Shown piece after piece: positions 1-9,302 of a DNA stretch of 27,991 nt; the first letter of the stretch is position 1, and the number at the start of each line of letters is the position of its first letter. The stretch is from an uncultured Chlamydiae bacterium (lineage in GTDB: Bacteria > Chlamydiota > Chlamydiia > Chlamydiales > Rhabdochlamydiaceae), in contig CAIPRZ010000012.1 in the NCBI GenBank assembly GCA_903867585.1, forward strand, positions 1 to 27,991. The letters are read 5' to 3'. The position numbers were made by a program, and so were the translations under genes. The notes under the pieces were generated by a model that was not told the DNA's origin, did not search any database, and worked only from the letters and a program-made list of their open reading frames with translations.

Positions 1-135
1 AATAATAGGTGTTTCAATAATGGGATGGGCTGTTTTTAGCAGCCAAAAAGCTTTAGCCCAACCTAAAAACTTTTTTGTTTCAGGTGTATAATAGATAACA
101 ATTTTATAAGATTGATAGGCTTCAAACATATTCAT
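1..135 (-). CDS. 5' part of a hypothetical protein running off the left edge (not in ORF track)
   Basis: Manual translation from ATG at 135 gives 45 open codons to position 1 (MNMFEAYQSYKIVIYYTPETKKFLGWAKAFWLLKTAHPIIETPII). It overlaps the stop of the upstream glycosyltransferase by 14 nt, suggesting coupling. Confidence 0.45.
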   Translation of the reverse strand, partial: MNMFEAYQSYKIVIYYTPETKKFLGWAKAFWLLKTAHPIIETPII

Positions 136-1651
136 TTTCCTTTTTAAAAGAATTAGCCATGGCCTCTAGAGCCTGATAACGGGTTAAGAGCAGGGATTTA
201 GAAGATCCATAGAAATGGATGATAGAACATTCCTCAAGAGTTAGTTTTGGATCTAAAAATTTTATAGGAGAATCTAAAGGGGCTAAATGCTTATACGGAT
301 TTTTTTTCCAAGAGACTAAGGCATTAAATTTTGGATCAAGTGATTGGATTTTATCAAAGTGGCCATAGAGCTCGAAGGACAAAATATCTTGATCACCGAC
401 AAGCTGACTAAGATCAAAGTTTTTAATACCTTTTATCCAGATGTCAATAAGAGGGGAGTCTTTTCTAAAGGCAAAGACGCCAGAATTAAATATGGTGAGG
501 TCATGAAAAGATAAATCGTGGCAGGAAAAGTCTATTGTATATTCTGGACAAATACGAAGCCATTTATGAGAGGGAATAGATAATATTTCATCAATAGGTC
601 CCCGAATAAGGCAGTCAAGATCGATCCATAAATTAATATCAAAGGGGGCAAGGCTGCAAGCTAAGGGTTTTTTAAACCATTCATTTCTTACATGCGGTTG
701 ATAGGGGTCATCGGGATTATTGAAAAGGCTGTCTTCAATTTCAATAACCTGCCCCCTTTTTTCACAAAAAGATCTTCCGATCGCGGACATACCAAAATCA
801 AAAAAAACAATCGGTAGGGAGCAATTAAGCCGTAAATTTAAATAAAAAAAAGGGAGTAAGTATTCGATTTTGGCATTAAGCCCGACAATAATCCCTTTAG
901 TCGAAAGGATAGGAGAAAAATCTTTTAAAGAAGCCATTTTCTCTAAAAAAATATATTCATTAAGAAGATCTGCTTTTAAATAAGCGACGTTATGGAAAAT
1001 CTTAACTTTTTTCTTATCGGAGAATTCATCGTGATGGGTTATAAAATTATAGATCTTATCCAATATACCTACTTTTTTAGGATGATCCATAAGAATAAGT
1101 CCTAAAATATCTTGATCACCATTATATTTTTTAGAAAATTTATGGCAGCCATCGATCCATAAATCGATAAAAGGGCTATCTTTTTCAAAAAGCATAACCC
1201 CTGAATTATATAAAAGATAATGGGGATGTTCTTCCATCATTTTAAGCCAGCCTAGGGTTATTTTTCCCTCCATTCTTAGCGCTAACCAATGTTCTTTATC
1301 GATTTTAGAAAAAATATCATCAAAAGGCCCTACAATTTTACAATCAAGATCTAGCCATAAATTGAGATCAAAAGGGGCTTTTTTACAAGCCAGCGGTTTT
1401 TTAAACCACATGGTTTTAATGGTGTTTTTAGCTGAAACTTCCTCAGATGACCAAAGACTTTCTTCTATGGGAATGACCTGACCTCTTTTCTCACAAAAAC
1501 TTTTTCCCATAACTGTCATTCCGAAATCAAAAAAAACTATGGGAAGTGAGGTGTTAAGCCTCAAATTTAAATAAAAATAGGGCAGTAGGTATTCGATTTT
1601 TTTATCAGCCCCTACAATAATTCCACAGGTTTTAACTTTTATTGGATCCAT
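122..1651 (-). CDS. Two-domain GT-A fold glycosyltransferase (GT8-like), internally duplicated
   Basis: Each half has a DxD motif (WLDLDC / WIDLDC), NSGV, GDQDIL and a C-terminal His (IFH / IIHFYG), typical of GT8-like enzymes. Confidence 0.75.
   Translation of the reverse strand: MDPIKVKTCGIIVGADKKIEYLLPYFYLNLRLNTSLPIVFFDFGMTVMGKSFCEKRGQVIPIEESLWSSEEVSAKNTIKTMWFKKPLACKKAPFDLNLWLDLDCKIVGPFDDIFSKIDKEHWLALRMEGKITLGWLKMMEEHPHYLLYNSGVMLFEKDSPFIDLWIDGCHKFSKKYNGDQDILGLILMDHPKKVGILDKIYNFITHHDEFSDKKKVKIFHNVAYLKADLLNEYIFLEKMASLKDFSPILSTKGIIVGLNAKIEYLLPFFYLNLRLNCSLPIVFFDFGMSAIGRSFCEKRGQVIEIEDSLFNNPDDPYQPHVRNEWFKKPLACSLAPFDINLWIDLDCLIRGPIDEILSIPSHKWLRICPEYTIDFSCHDLSFHDLTIFNSGVFAFRKDSPLIDIWIKGIKNFDLSQLVGDQDILSFELYGHFDKIQSLDPKFNALVSWKKNPYKHLAPLDSPIKFLDPKLTLEECSIIHFYGSSKSLLLTRYQALEAMANSFKKENEYV
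741..1630 (-). repeat. Diverged internal duplication of the glycosyltransferase domain (copies offset by 729 nt, 243 aa)
   Basis: TCGIIVG starts at 1630 and TKGIIVG at 901. IEYLLPxFYLNLRLNxSLPIVFFDFGM and SFCEKRGQVIxIE recur, and the DNA at ~1470-1630 and ~741-901 is visibly similar. Confidence 0.9.
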
Positions 1652-1688
1652 TTTTTTAACTTATATTAAAGGTTAAAAAAAAATCCAC

Positions 1689-1717
1689 TCGTCAAACTTA
1701 CCCCTCTTTGCTATAAG
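1689..1717 (+). promoter_or_regulatory. Candidate sigma66/70 promoter for the GT28 gene
   Basis: TCGTCA-N17-TATAAG with an extended -10 TG, 17 nt upstream of the ATG at 1735. The AT-rich context weakens the call. Confidence 0.35.
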
Positions 1718-1734
1718 GAAAAAAAACACTGAAT

Positions 1735-2952
1735 ATGCCTATGGAAAGTTCTGATCTAAAACCAAAGATTATTGTTTTATCTTCACGCGGTGGAGGAGGA
1801 CATATAGCAGCTTCTGAAGCCATAAGGGAGATTCTAAAATCTGATTATGAGGTTGAAGTTTTTAATGCGCTTTCTGATATTTTTGGAAAAGTTGATCTAA
1901 TTAGCCGCTTTTTTAAAGCTAAATTTACAGCAGAAGATTGCTATAATTTTTTTCTAAAAAAACGCCTTTTTTTCATGTGTAATTTTTATGCCATCGCTGG
2001 AAAGTGCTATATGGCTTTAAATAAGTCGATTTTAAAAAAAGGGGCAAAATCTTTTTTTATAAAACATAAACCTATAATGGTCGTATCTGTGATCCCTTTT
2101 TTCAATCGGGCGTTATTTGATGCTTGTCAAGATTTAGCAATCCCTTTTTGGATCATACCGACGGATGTAGAACTAAAAGCTTTTTTATTTGGCCTTAAAA
2201 ACAAAAAAAACACCTTTAATCAATTTAAGCTGGGTCTTGCTTATGAGCCTCAAATTTCTCAGGCGCTTAATTGGGGACTATGCTCTTCAAAAATTGTAAA
2301 ATTGGGTTTTCCTGTAAAAAGTGCCTGCGTAAAAACCTATTCATCTAAAGAGGTTAATCAACTTAAAAAACTTCTTTTTATAAGTAAAAAATCTAAAGTT
2401 ATTACTCTCACTGTAGGAGCCACTGGTACCTCGCTATTTTATAAATTAACCAAAGTTTTACTAAAGTTTGAGCTTAGTAATTTAGAATTTAACTGCTGCG
2501 CGGGTAAAGATCTAAAATCTTTTAATAAAGTTAAAGATCTGCTTGATGCAATCGCTGTCAGAGAAAACGATTTAGGGGATAGGATTATTTATCAATTAGC
2601 CTCAGGAAGTAGACTTCATTTATGGCAATTTACCTCTTCTCTTCCAGAGATTATGGTAGTCAGTGATCTTATTATTTCTAAAACCGGAAGTTTATCGGTG
2701 AGTGAAGCCCTTCATTTAAATAAATATCTTCTTTTAGATCATACCATTAATTCCTCTTCCCGTTTTATGTATTGGGAGAGAGCGAATGTCCCTTTTGTCA
2801 AATCGATCAATCAAGGGGAGGCTTTTTATTCTCAAAAAGATCTTATTCAGAAACTTGAAAACTATTTGAACACCCCTAAGGAGTGTTCAAAAGAAGTTTT
2901 TTTGAATATTCATCAGACTCTGCTTTCGGCTGTAAAAGAAGAGGTTGAGTAA
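1735..2952 (+). CDS. MGDG synthase / UgtP-like GT28 glycosyltransferase (putative diacylglycerol glycosyltransferase)
   Basis: N-terminal SSRGGGGHIAASEAI (MGD1-like GGGH motif), GFPV, and C-terminal DLIISKTGSLSVSEAL (GT-B nucleotide-sugar binding). Confidence 0.75.
   Translation: MPMESSDLKPKIIVLSSRGGGGHIAASEAIREILKSDYEVEVFNALSDIFGKVDLISRFFKAKFTAEDCYNFFLKKRLFFMCNFYAIAGKCYMALNKSILKKGAKSFFIKHKPIMVVSVIPFFNRALFDACQDLAIPFWIIPTDVELKAFLFGLKNKKNTFNQFKLGLAYEPQISQALNWGLCSSKIVKLGFPVKSACVKTYSSKEVNQLKKLLFISKKSKVITLTVGATGTSLFYKLTKVLLKFELSNLEFNCCAGKDLKSFNKVKDLLDAIAVRENDLGDRIIYQLASGSRLHLWQFTSSLPEIMVVSDLIISKTGSLSVSEALHLNKYLLLDHTINSSSRFMYWERANVPFVKSINQGEAFYSQKDLIQKLENYLNTPKECSKEVFLNIHQTLLSAVKEEVE
2865..2891. 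repeat. 27-bp near-perfect palindrome in the GT28/ptr overlap
   Basis: TTTGAACAC-CCCTAAGGA-GTGTTCAAA: perfect 9-bp arms, 12 of 13 symmetric pairs around position 2878. Confidence 0.85.
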
Positions 2953-5785
2953 ATTGGCCTTGGGATTGAATCCCTTCAAGTGTTGACACTGAATAAATAA
3001 GCTTGCGATTTTGAGGAAGTTTACCCTCCATTAAAAAAGCTACCCTCTTAGGATTACTTCTTGGAAGGGTCTTAAAAGCAAATTCTTTAAGCTCATCATA
3101 CGTTGTATTCTGGCACGCTTTAATAAGTTTTTCATCCCATGTAAAGTCCCCATCACGGTTTGTGATGAGGTATAAATCATGCATCGCTAAGGTGGATAAA
3201 TTTTCTTTTCTTGCCGAGAGTTCAGCAATCAGGGAATTTTTTACCGACTCAAACTGTTTTTGGCTATATTTTGTCTCAAAATTATTCACAAATTCTTCGA
3301 TAAATAGCTCAAAACGATAGAGAAGTTCAAGAGCGCCATGAGAATTAGACTGCACCCCAAAAATATAAAACTGCTGCTGGGCTATTTCTTTATCAAAAGC
3401 TTTAGCTATATAGCCTGTATGTTGTTTGGTTCTTAGGGTATCAAAAAACTGCTCTGATAATAGGGGCATTAATAAAGCTGTTCTTGCTCGGGTCGCTTCA
3501 GATGTTTTTTCTTGGGAGATGGCTAGTATTAAACTTGATCCTTGAACTTCTAGGTTCTTTTTGTAGATAAAAGGCCCTTTATGGTCATCAAGCTCAAGAA
3601 CTTTTTGAATGCGTGCTTGGGCAACAGGTTTTAAAGAACTCAAAGTTTTAAGTTCTTGGTGTATGGAATTAGCTAAAGTTTTTGAGGCGTTACCAATAAT
3701 CAGACCCTCAATTTTAAAAGATTCAGAAAGGTTTTTTGCAAGCTTGCTAAAACGTTCGTAATCCCAATTTTTTAGAGCCTGATTAACATCGTAGGGCAAT
3801 GATCCTGTAGAATCAAAAAGGGCGTTAAAACGGATAAGACCCTGTCTGAATCCAAGTTCTTTTGAGGTATTAGATAAGCTATCTTTGCAAAGTTGCTTAA
3901 TCAGATCGAAATCTTCTTTGCTTATAGAAAAAGAACTAAGATTTTCAGTCATCTTAGTAAAGAGGGTTTCTGTTTTATCATTAAATCCTTCAAGACTTAA
4001 ATACAAAAAGCCATCTTGAGCATATAACCGACCTCTAAGACCACAATAGGCAGCTGCATCGAGATCAAACATCAGCTTTTTATTAAATCCACCCACAAAT
4101 AGGGATAAGAAAGCAGCAAGATCCTCTTTGACCATTGGGAAAGCTGGGGTCATTTTGAGCTTAATGGAACATTCAGGAAGACCGTAGAGATTTGTTGGTT
4201 TATAATAGAGATTTAAATTTTCACTCTGATCTAGCGTTTCGTAAAATGGGCTCTGCTCTGACTGAAAGGTTAAATAAAATTGAGTAGGGGCGTAGGGGTT
4301 TGTTTCAATAGGATTGAAACAAAGGCTTTTTTCTACTTCATTAAATGTATAAAGATCTTCTGAGCTCCAGGGTTTTATGCTGTAGCTGGCGCCGGTCCAA
4401 GGTTCTTTTTGATCAAATTGACCTTGATTATCCATAAGAACATAAAGGGCCGATTCTGGTTTTAAAACAGCTACAAGTTTAACAAATTTATCCGGATCAA
4501 AAGCGCTTGGGATTTGTCCATGAGAAGGAAAGTTTGCAAGAGGTTGATCGATTAAATCAGCGGCAAGATCTGTTACTTCTGAAAAGACATCTTGTCTATC
4601 TTGATAGATGTATTTTGTTTTAATAATACTTTTCCACTGATCGTAAATGGCAAGAAGCTGCTTATTAGAAGAGAGATATTTCAGATAATTAAAACAGATT
4701 TGAATGATCTCTTGTTTATTTTCTAGACCACTTGCTGTTAGATCCATATCAAGAGAAATTAACCCTTGAGTATGACTGAAGTCATCTTTAGAGGCGCTAA
4801 ATTGATTGGTATAGCCTTTTGATTTAAGAAGCTCAGCTAGTTGTCCCGGAGCTTCGCTCGATAAAAGATAACAGAGAAAATCAGCCGTTCTTGAATCAAA
4901 ATCGGTAACATAAGTGGAACCAAGTTCCCAAATAAGGGATAGACTTTTAGTTTCTTTAAGAGGGCAAATTTTAAGCAGGGCCCCTTTTTGAGCAGTAGAT
5001 AAAATAGAGGTTTGCGGAAGTGTTCTTTGAAATTTAGAAACAGGAACTTTATTAAATTTAGCTTTAACAGAAGCTACAAGAGTATCAAGTGGCGCTTTAT
5101 CCATAATGACAAGATGCATCCTGTCTGAAGAATAATATTTTTCATAAAACTCTTTCATAACAGCTGTTGGGATGTCTGAAAGGGTTTCAGCATTACCTGT
5201 TGAAAAGGCATGAACTGGATGATCTTTATTAGCTGTGTCTTTAAAAACTTGATAAATACGTGAGCCATCATTTTCAACGTTTTTTGCATGCTCTTGATCG
5301 ACATTATGAAGCTCTCTAGATAAAGAGCTCATTGAAAAAAGGGGATCAATAAAAAAATGAGAAAAGCGGTCAAGGGCCCCTTCAAAATCGGTGGGGTTTA
5401 TGGAAAAGCTGTATACAGTCTTGTCGGAGGCTGTATAGGCATTCATAGCACCACCATGAGACTGGATAAAGCTTGAATACTCCGCTTCGTCTGGATAGGC
5501 TTTTGTTCCCATAAAAAGCATGTGTTCTAGAAAATGGGCCATACCTGGATATTCTACCGGATCATCCCATGATCCTGCAGCTACAGCAAGAGCTGCTCCG
5601 GATTCTTTCAGCAATGGATCGGAAATGATATAGGCTTCAAGACCGTTATCTAACTTAATTTTTGCAGATCTTATAGCTTTAAAGCTGGGTGTTAATATCT
5701 CTGTAGAATTGGTGTCTTTAATAAATTGAATGCTGTAGGCAGGAATTGATAGGGTCAAAACTGAGGCTAAAAACAACCGGTACAT
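2876..5785 (-). CDS. ptr: Insulinase / pitrilysin family (M16A) zinc metalloprotease with signal peptide
   Basis: Inverted zinc motif HFLEH in GMAHFLEHMLFMGTKAYP, NAYT, FFDTLRTKQHTGY, 969 aa, hydrophobic N-terminus. Adjacent to plsB as in chlamydiae. Confidence 0.9.
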   Translation of the reverse strand: MYRLFLASVLTLSIPAYSIQFIKDTNSTEILTPSFKAIRSAKIKLDNGLEAYIISDPLLKESGAALAVAAGSWDDPVEYPGMAHFLEHMLFMGTKAYPDEAEYSSFIQSHGGAMNAYTASDKTVYSFSINPTDFEGALDRFSHFFIDPLFSMSSLSRELHNVDQEHAKNVENDGSRIYQVFKDTANKDHPVHAFSTGNAETLSDIPTAVMKEFYEKYYSSDRMHLVIMDKAPLDTLVASVKAKFNKVPVSKFQRTLPQTSILSTAQKGALLKICPLKETKSLSLIWELGSTYVTDFDSRTADFLCYLLSSEAPGQLAELLKSKGYTNQFSASKDDFSHTQGLISLDMDLTASGLENKQEIIQICFNYLKYLSSNKQLLAIYDQWKSIIKTKYIYQDRQDVFSEVTDLAADLIDQPLANFPSHGQIPSAFDPDKFVKLVAVLKPESALYVLMDNQGQFDQKEPWTGASYSIKPWSSEDLYTFNEVEKSLCFNPIETNPYAPTQFYLTFQSEQSPFYETLDQSENLNLYYKPTNLYGLPECSIKLKMTPAFPMVKEDLAAFLSLFVGGFNKKLMFDLDAAAYCGLRGRLYAQDGFLYLSLEGFNDKTETLFTKMTENLSSFSISKEDFDLIKQLCKDSLSNTSKELGFRQGLIRFNALFDSTGSLPYDVNQALKNWDYERFSKLAKNLSESFKIEGLIIGNASKTLANSIHQELKTLSSLKPVAQARIQKVLELDDHKGPFIYKKNLEVQGSSLILAISQEKTSEATRARTALLMPLLSEQFFDTLRTKQHTGYIAKAFDKEIAQQQFYIFGVQSNSHGALELLYRFELFIEEFVNNFETKYSQKQFESVKNSLIAELSARKENLSTLAMHDLYLITNRDGDFTWDEKLIKACQNTTYDELKEFAFKTLPRSNPKRVAFLMEGKLPQNRKLIYSVSTLEGIQSQGQFTQPLLLQPKAESDEYSKKLLLNTP

Positions 5786-5825
5786 AAAAGATCCTAGAAG
5801 TTAAATATAAAAAGGACAAAAACGC

Positions 5826-6809
5826 TTATTTAAGGGTTCTGTAGTGCCTAGATACTTCTTCAGTAAGATCTTTGGCGCGCTCTTGTCTTATACTATGTTT
5901 ATCGCTCATATGAGCGTATTTTTCTAGATCTATTGCACCACCAAAATAAAAACCAATTTTTGTTTTATGGCAGTGTCTGTCTTCTCCAAGGTCGATTTGG
6001 ATAGAATCAGGTGGGGGTAAAAGATTATAGGTAGAAAGAGCTAAGGTATGAAAATGGGTGGGAGTGCCTGCCCTTTTAGCCATTAGGATAAACATTTCGA
6101 TACTTTGAGGATCAAAAGGGGCTACTTGAATATTTCCTGATTCATCCTTACGGTCTCTTCCGCCGCTTGGGGCCACATAGATAATTTTGCCTCCCTCTTT
6201 TAATAAAGCTCCCATTTGTTCCATGGTTTTTTTATTATGAAGTTGCTTTTGAAGCTTTAATTCAGGAGGTATGTCGATGTAGCGTTTAGAATAAATGCAT
6301 AAAAGATATCGACCTTTTGAAAAAGGGACTGCCAAGGGATCTGTTATAACCCGTTCGCCGGCTACAAAGATCATTTTTTTTGCCATTTCAGGAAAAGAAT
6401 CTTGTAGAGCTAAGCTGATTAATTGGGGGTCAGCTTCTGTTTGGTGGTTAGCCAATAAAATCACATTGTGACCTTTCATCAATTGATGATTAATAGTTTC
6501 AAGGTTCTGTTTGCCCTCTAAAACTATGGGTTTATCCACCAGTATTTCCATAAAATCAAGGCCAAACTGGTAATAATCAATCGGAGAAAATAAAGCCTGA
6601 TGATAAGGATCAAAGCTAGAAGGAGATTTAAGCTCGTCGGTTAAATGAGTGATCAGATCTTTAAAGTTTTTGCGAATATAAGCTTCATCATACCCATTTT
6701 CCAAACCTGCTTTTTTGAAATTATGGTAGAAGTTTTTAACAAGCAAAGCTTGCTTCTTATCCAAAGGGACAGAAGCAAGATAGTGATCAAAGTTCAATTC
6801 TTTTTCCAT
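5826..6809 (-). CDS. plsB: Glycerol-3-phosphate acyltransferase, soluble plant-plastid/chlamydial type
   Basis: NHQTEADP (HX4D), VAGERVITDPLAVPFSKGR, APSGGRDR, PFDPQSIE: motifs of the ATS1-like GPAT family. Confidence 0.9.
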   Translation of the reverse strand: MEKELNFDHYLASVPLDKKQALLVKNFYHNFKKAGLENGYDEAYIRKNFKDLITHLTDELKSPSSFDPYHQALFSPIDYYQFGLDFMEILVDKPIVLEGKQNLETINHQLMKGHNVILLANHQTEADPQLISLALQDSFPEMAKKMIFVAGERVITDPLAVPFSKGRYLLCIYSKRYIDIPPELKLQKQLHNKKTMEQMGALLKEGGKIIYVAPSGGRDRKDESGNIQVAPFDPQSIEMFILMAKRAGTPTHFHTLALSTYNLLPPPDSIQIDLGEDRHCHKTKIGFYFGGAIDLEKYAHMSDKHSIRQERAKDLTEEVSRHYRTLK

Positions 6810-8313
6810 TGGTGGTCGAGTAAAAATGAAAATCGTTTAAATGCAAGGCATCAGATTTAGAAAATTTAAGATCAGCATTATTTTTTTCTGCGATTTTTTT
6901 ATAAAATTCTTTGTCTTGATGATTTAAATAGTGATCCATTTCTGAATGAGTCAGAAGTTCTAGGGCAAAATGCTCTTTATGATTAATGAGATACCGTAAG
7001 GTTCTTTCGATTTCAATCGATAAGCTCTCAAAACTTTTAATCGATCCATGTCCTGTGCAATAAGGGCAAGCGGTATTGATTGTTTGAGCCAGTGACTCCC
7101 GGTAACGTTGACGAGTCATTTCGACAAGACCAAATTCACTCATGCCTAAGATTGTGCACTTAGCACTATCATCTTTCATAGCTTCTTTAAGACGATCTAG
7201 CACTCTTCGTTGGCTTTTACGCGATCTCATATCGATAAAATCACACACAATAAGTCCGCCAACATTGCGGATTTTAATTTGCCTTGCTATTTCATCAGCA
7301 GCTTCTAAGTTGATTTGAACTAAAGCTTCTTCTAAATCTTTAGAACCGTCTTTAGAGGAAGATCTGCCAGAGTTAACATCGATGGTGTGCATGGCTTCAG
7401 TTTTATCAAAAAACAGATAGCCGCCAGAAGGGAGCCAAATTTTTCTTTTGAGCGCCCGATCGATCTCTTTTTCTACACCAAAACGTTCAAAAATAGGCAT
7501 TTTATCGCGATAAAATTCAATTTTTAACGGGCTTGAAGGAGCGTATTTGGCGTGAAGGGCTTTTGCTGTTTTAAATACAGCATAATCATCAATAAGGATC
7601 CGCTCATAATTTTTATCTACCGCTTTTAAAACAGCCCGTTTTAAAAGATCCATTTCTTCATGGAGACAGACAGGACGATTGGATTTTTGATATTTTTCTA
7701 AAACTTGTTTGAAAGTGTGATAAAGTTCCATCGCTTCATGAGTCAATTCTTCAGGGGTTGCTGTGGAGGAAGCTGTTCTGCAGATAAAACCCATCTCGTT
7801 TGGTAAATCTAACGATTTCAAAAGCTTTTTAAGCTTATCTCGAGTGGCAGAATCCTCAATTTTACGAGAAACACCTCTGTGAGGGGTGTTAGGAAGTAAA
7901 ACGAGGTATCTACCAGCGATGGAAACATTAGAGGTTAATCTAGCCCCTTTAGTTCCTATCGATTCTTTAACAACCTGGACAAGGACTGGCTGATCGATTT
8001 TTAAGATTTTAGTGATATCTTCAACCTGTTTTTTAGGCTGAGCTTTCATATCCATTTCCACATCATACATTTCTTGAAATTTCTGAGAATTTTCTAAGAT
8101 ATCAGAGATGTGGATAAAGCCATTTTCAGATTCATTGATGTTAATAAAGGCTGATTGGATGTTGTGCAAAATGCTTGTCACTTTGCCGCGATAGATATTG
8201 CCTGTTATTTGTCTTGAGGACTTTCTTTCATAAACTAAATCCTGTAAAACGCCACCACGGAGGTAGGCTAAACGGGTTTGTTTTGGTTCAATATTAAGTA
8301 AAATTTCTTGCAT
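6787..8313 (-). CDS. rng: Rne/Rng family ribonuclease (RNase G-sized; cafE in chlamydial annotation)
   Basis: GNIYRGKV, S1 domain AFININESENGFIH, GARLT, TIDVNSG, GGLIVCDFIDM, CPYCTGHG zinc link. At 508 aa it lacks the degradosome tail. Confidence 0.9.
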   Translation of the reverse strand: MQEILLNIEPKQTRLAYLRGGVLQDLVYERKSSRQITGNIYRGKVTSILHNIQSAFININESENGFIHISDILENSQKFQEMYDVEMDMKAQPKKQVEDITKILKIDQPVLVQVVKESIGTKGARLTSNVSIAGRYLVLLPNTPHRGVSRKIEDSATRDKLKKLLKSLDLPNEMGFICRTASSTATPEELTHEAMELYHTFKQVLEKYQKSNRPVCLHEEMDLLKRAVLKAVDKNYERILIDDYAVFKTAKALHAKYAPSSPLKIEFYRDKMPIFERFGVEKEIDRALKRKIWLPSGGYLFFDKTEAMHTIDVNSGRSSSKDGSKDLEEALVQINLEAADEIARQIKIRNVGGLIVCDFIDMRSRKSQRRVLDRLKEAMKDDSAKCTILGMSEFGLVEMTRQRYRESLAQTINTACPYCTGHGSIKSFESLSIEIERTLRYLINHKEHFALELLTHSEMDHYLNHQDKEFYKKIAEKNNADLKFSKSDALHLNDFHFYSTTNGKRIEL

Positions 8314-8396
8314 GGTCTAACAAAGGGTTACATGTCACCACAAAAGGGGCCGAAAAGGGCCATCGATGAGTGGATTCATAAAATTAGTATACTAGG

Positions 8397-9296
8397 CTAA
8401 AAAGACTCTTCTTTTAAAGCGCTTATTTCTTGTTTGACCCGAGTTAAATAGTTGCAGCTATAAAGCCGTAAAACTTCTTGTATCGTTTTCTGTAAGGCCC
8501 GGGTATCTCCTATGCCATGACATTTCATGACAAGTTTTTCTGCCCCACACAAAAGAGCGCCAGGATAACTTGAGGGATCGTAGGGGGTTTCTGAGATCTT
8601 TTTTCCTAAAGTCATGTGCGCAACAGCTTCTGCTGTTTTAATAAAAATATTTCCTGTAAAGCCGTCTGTGATTACTAAATCACAGCCTCCTTCAAATATC
8701 AAAGAGGGTTCTACAAAGCCAATAAAATTGGGTAGGCTTTGACAAAAGCTATATAGTTGGTTCAAAGTTTGAGGGCCTTTCCCTTTTTCGCTAGCCATGT
8801 TTAATATCCCAATTCTAGGATCTTTACCATGTAAAGCTTTAAAAGTGGCGGCCCCGATTAAGGTGAATTGACGCATTTGATGTACAGTGGCGCCAACATT
8901 AGCTCCAACATCGACGATACTGCAAGGGCCTGATTGGGTTTGAAGGGTAGCCAAAAGGCCGAGGCGAATGATCGAAGGGAGTTTAGGTAATAACAAATGG
9001 GAATAGGTTAAAAGAGCTGCTGTATTTCCACAGGAAATAAATGCATCTATATGACCTAATTTTAGGGCTTCAAGCCCTTTATACATGGAAGTGTCTTTGT
9101 TGTGAGCCATAGACACACCGACATCTTCCATAGATACAAAATGGGAGGATTCGTGCCAAACAGCTTTAGAATGGTCTGCTGTTTTTTTACCAAAAAAATG
9201 GGGCTCAAATGGGGTTTTTTCGCAAAGATCTAATACAGCTTTTAAGAGCAATTGGGAGGTGTTTTCACTTCCCAGTAGATCAATACCAATTTTCAC
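8397..9296 (-). CDS. plsX: Phosphate acyltransferase PlsX
   Basis: KIGIDLLGSE, SCGNTAA, DVGANV, FIGFVE, DLVITDGFTGNIFIKTAEA, KCHG. GTG start; follows rpmF. Confidence 0.9.
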   Translation of the reverse strand: MKIGIDLLGSENTSQLLLKAVLDLCEKTPFEPHFFGKKTADHSKAVWHESSHFVSMEDVGVSMAHNKDTSMYKGLEALKLGHIDAFISCGNTAALLTYSHLLLPKLPSIIRLGLLATLQTQSGPCSIVDVGANVGATVHQMRQFTLIGAATFKALHGKDPRIGILNMASEKGKGPQTLNQLYSFCQSLPNFIGFVEPSLIFEGGCDLVITDGFTGNIFIKTAEAVAHMTLGKKISETPYDPSSYPGALLCGAEKLVMKCHGIGDTRALQKTIQEVLRLYSCNYLTRVKQEISALKEESF

Positions 9297-9302
9297 AAAA
9301 CT

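Noticed and set aside
800-1536. A8 tracts in the glycosyltransferase as possible phase-variation sites
   Set aside because: Both are the duplicated VFF/IVFF codons, and A/T runs of 8-9 are common throughout this AT-rich window.
1651-1681. T7AAC-N11-GTTA7 inverted repeat upstream of the glycosyltransferase
   Set aside because: It is composed mostly of homopolymer A/T and is expected by chance at this base composition.
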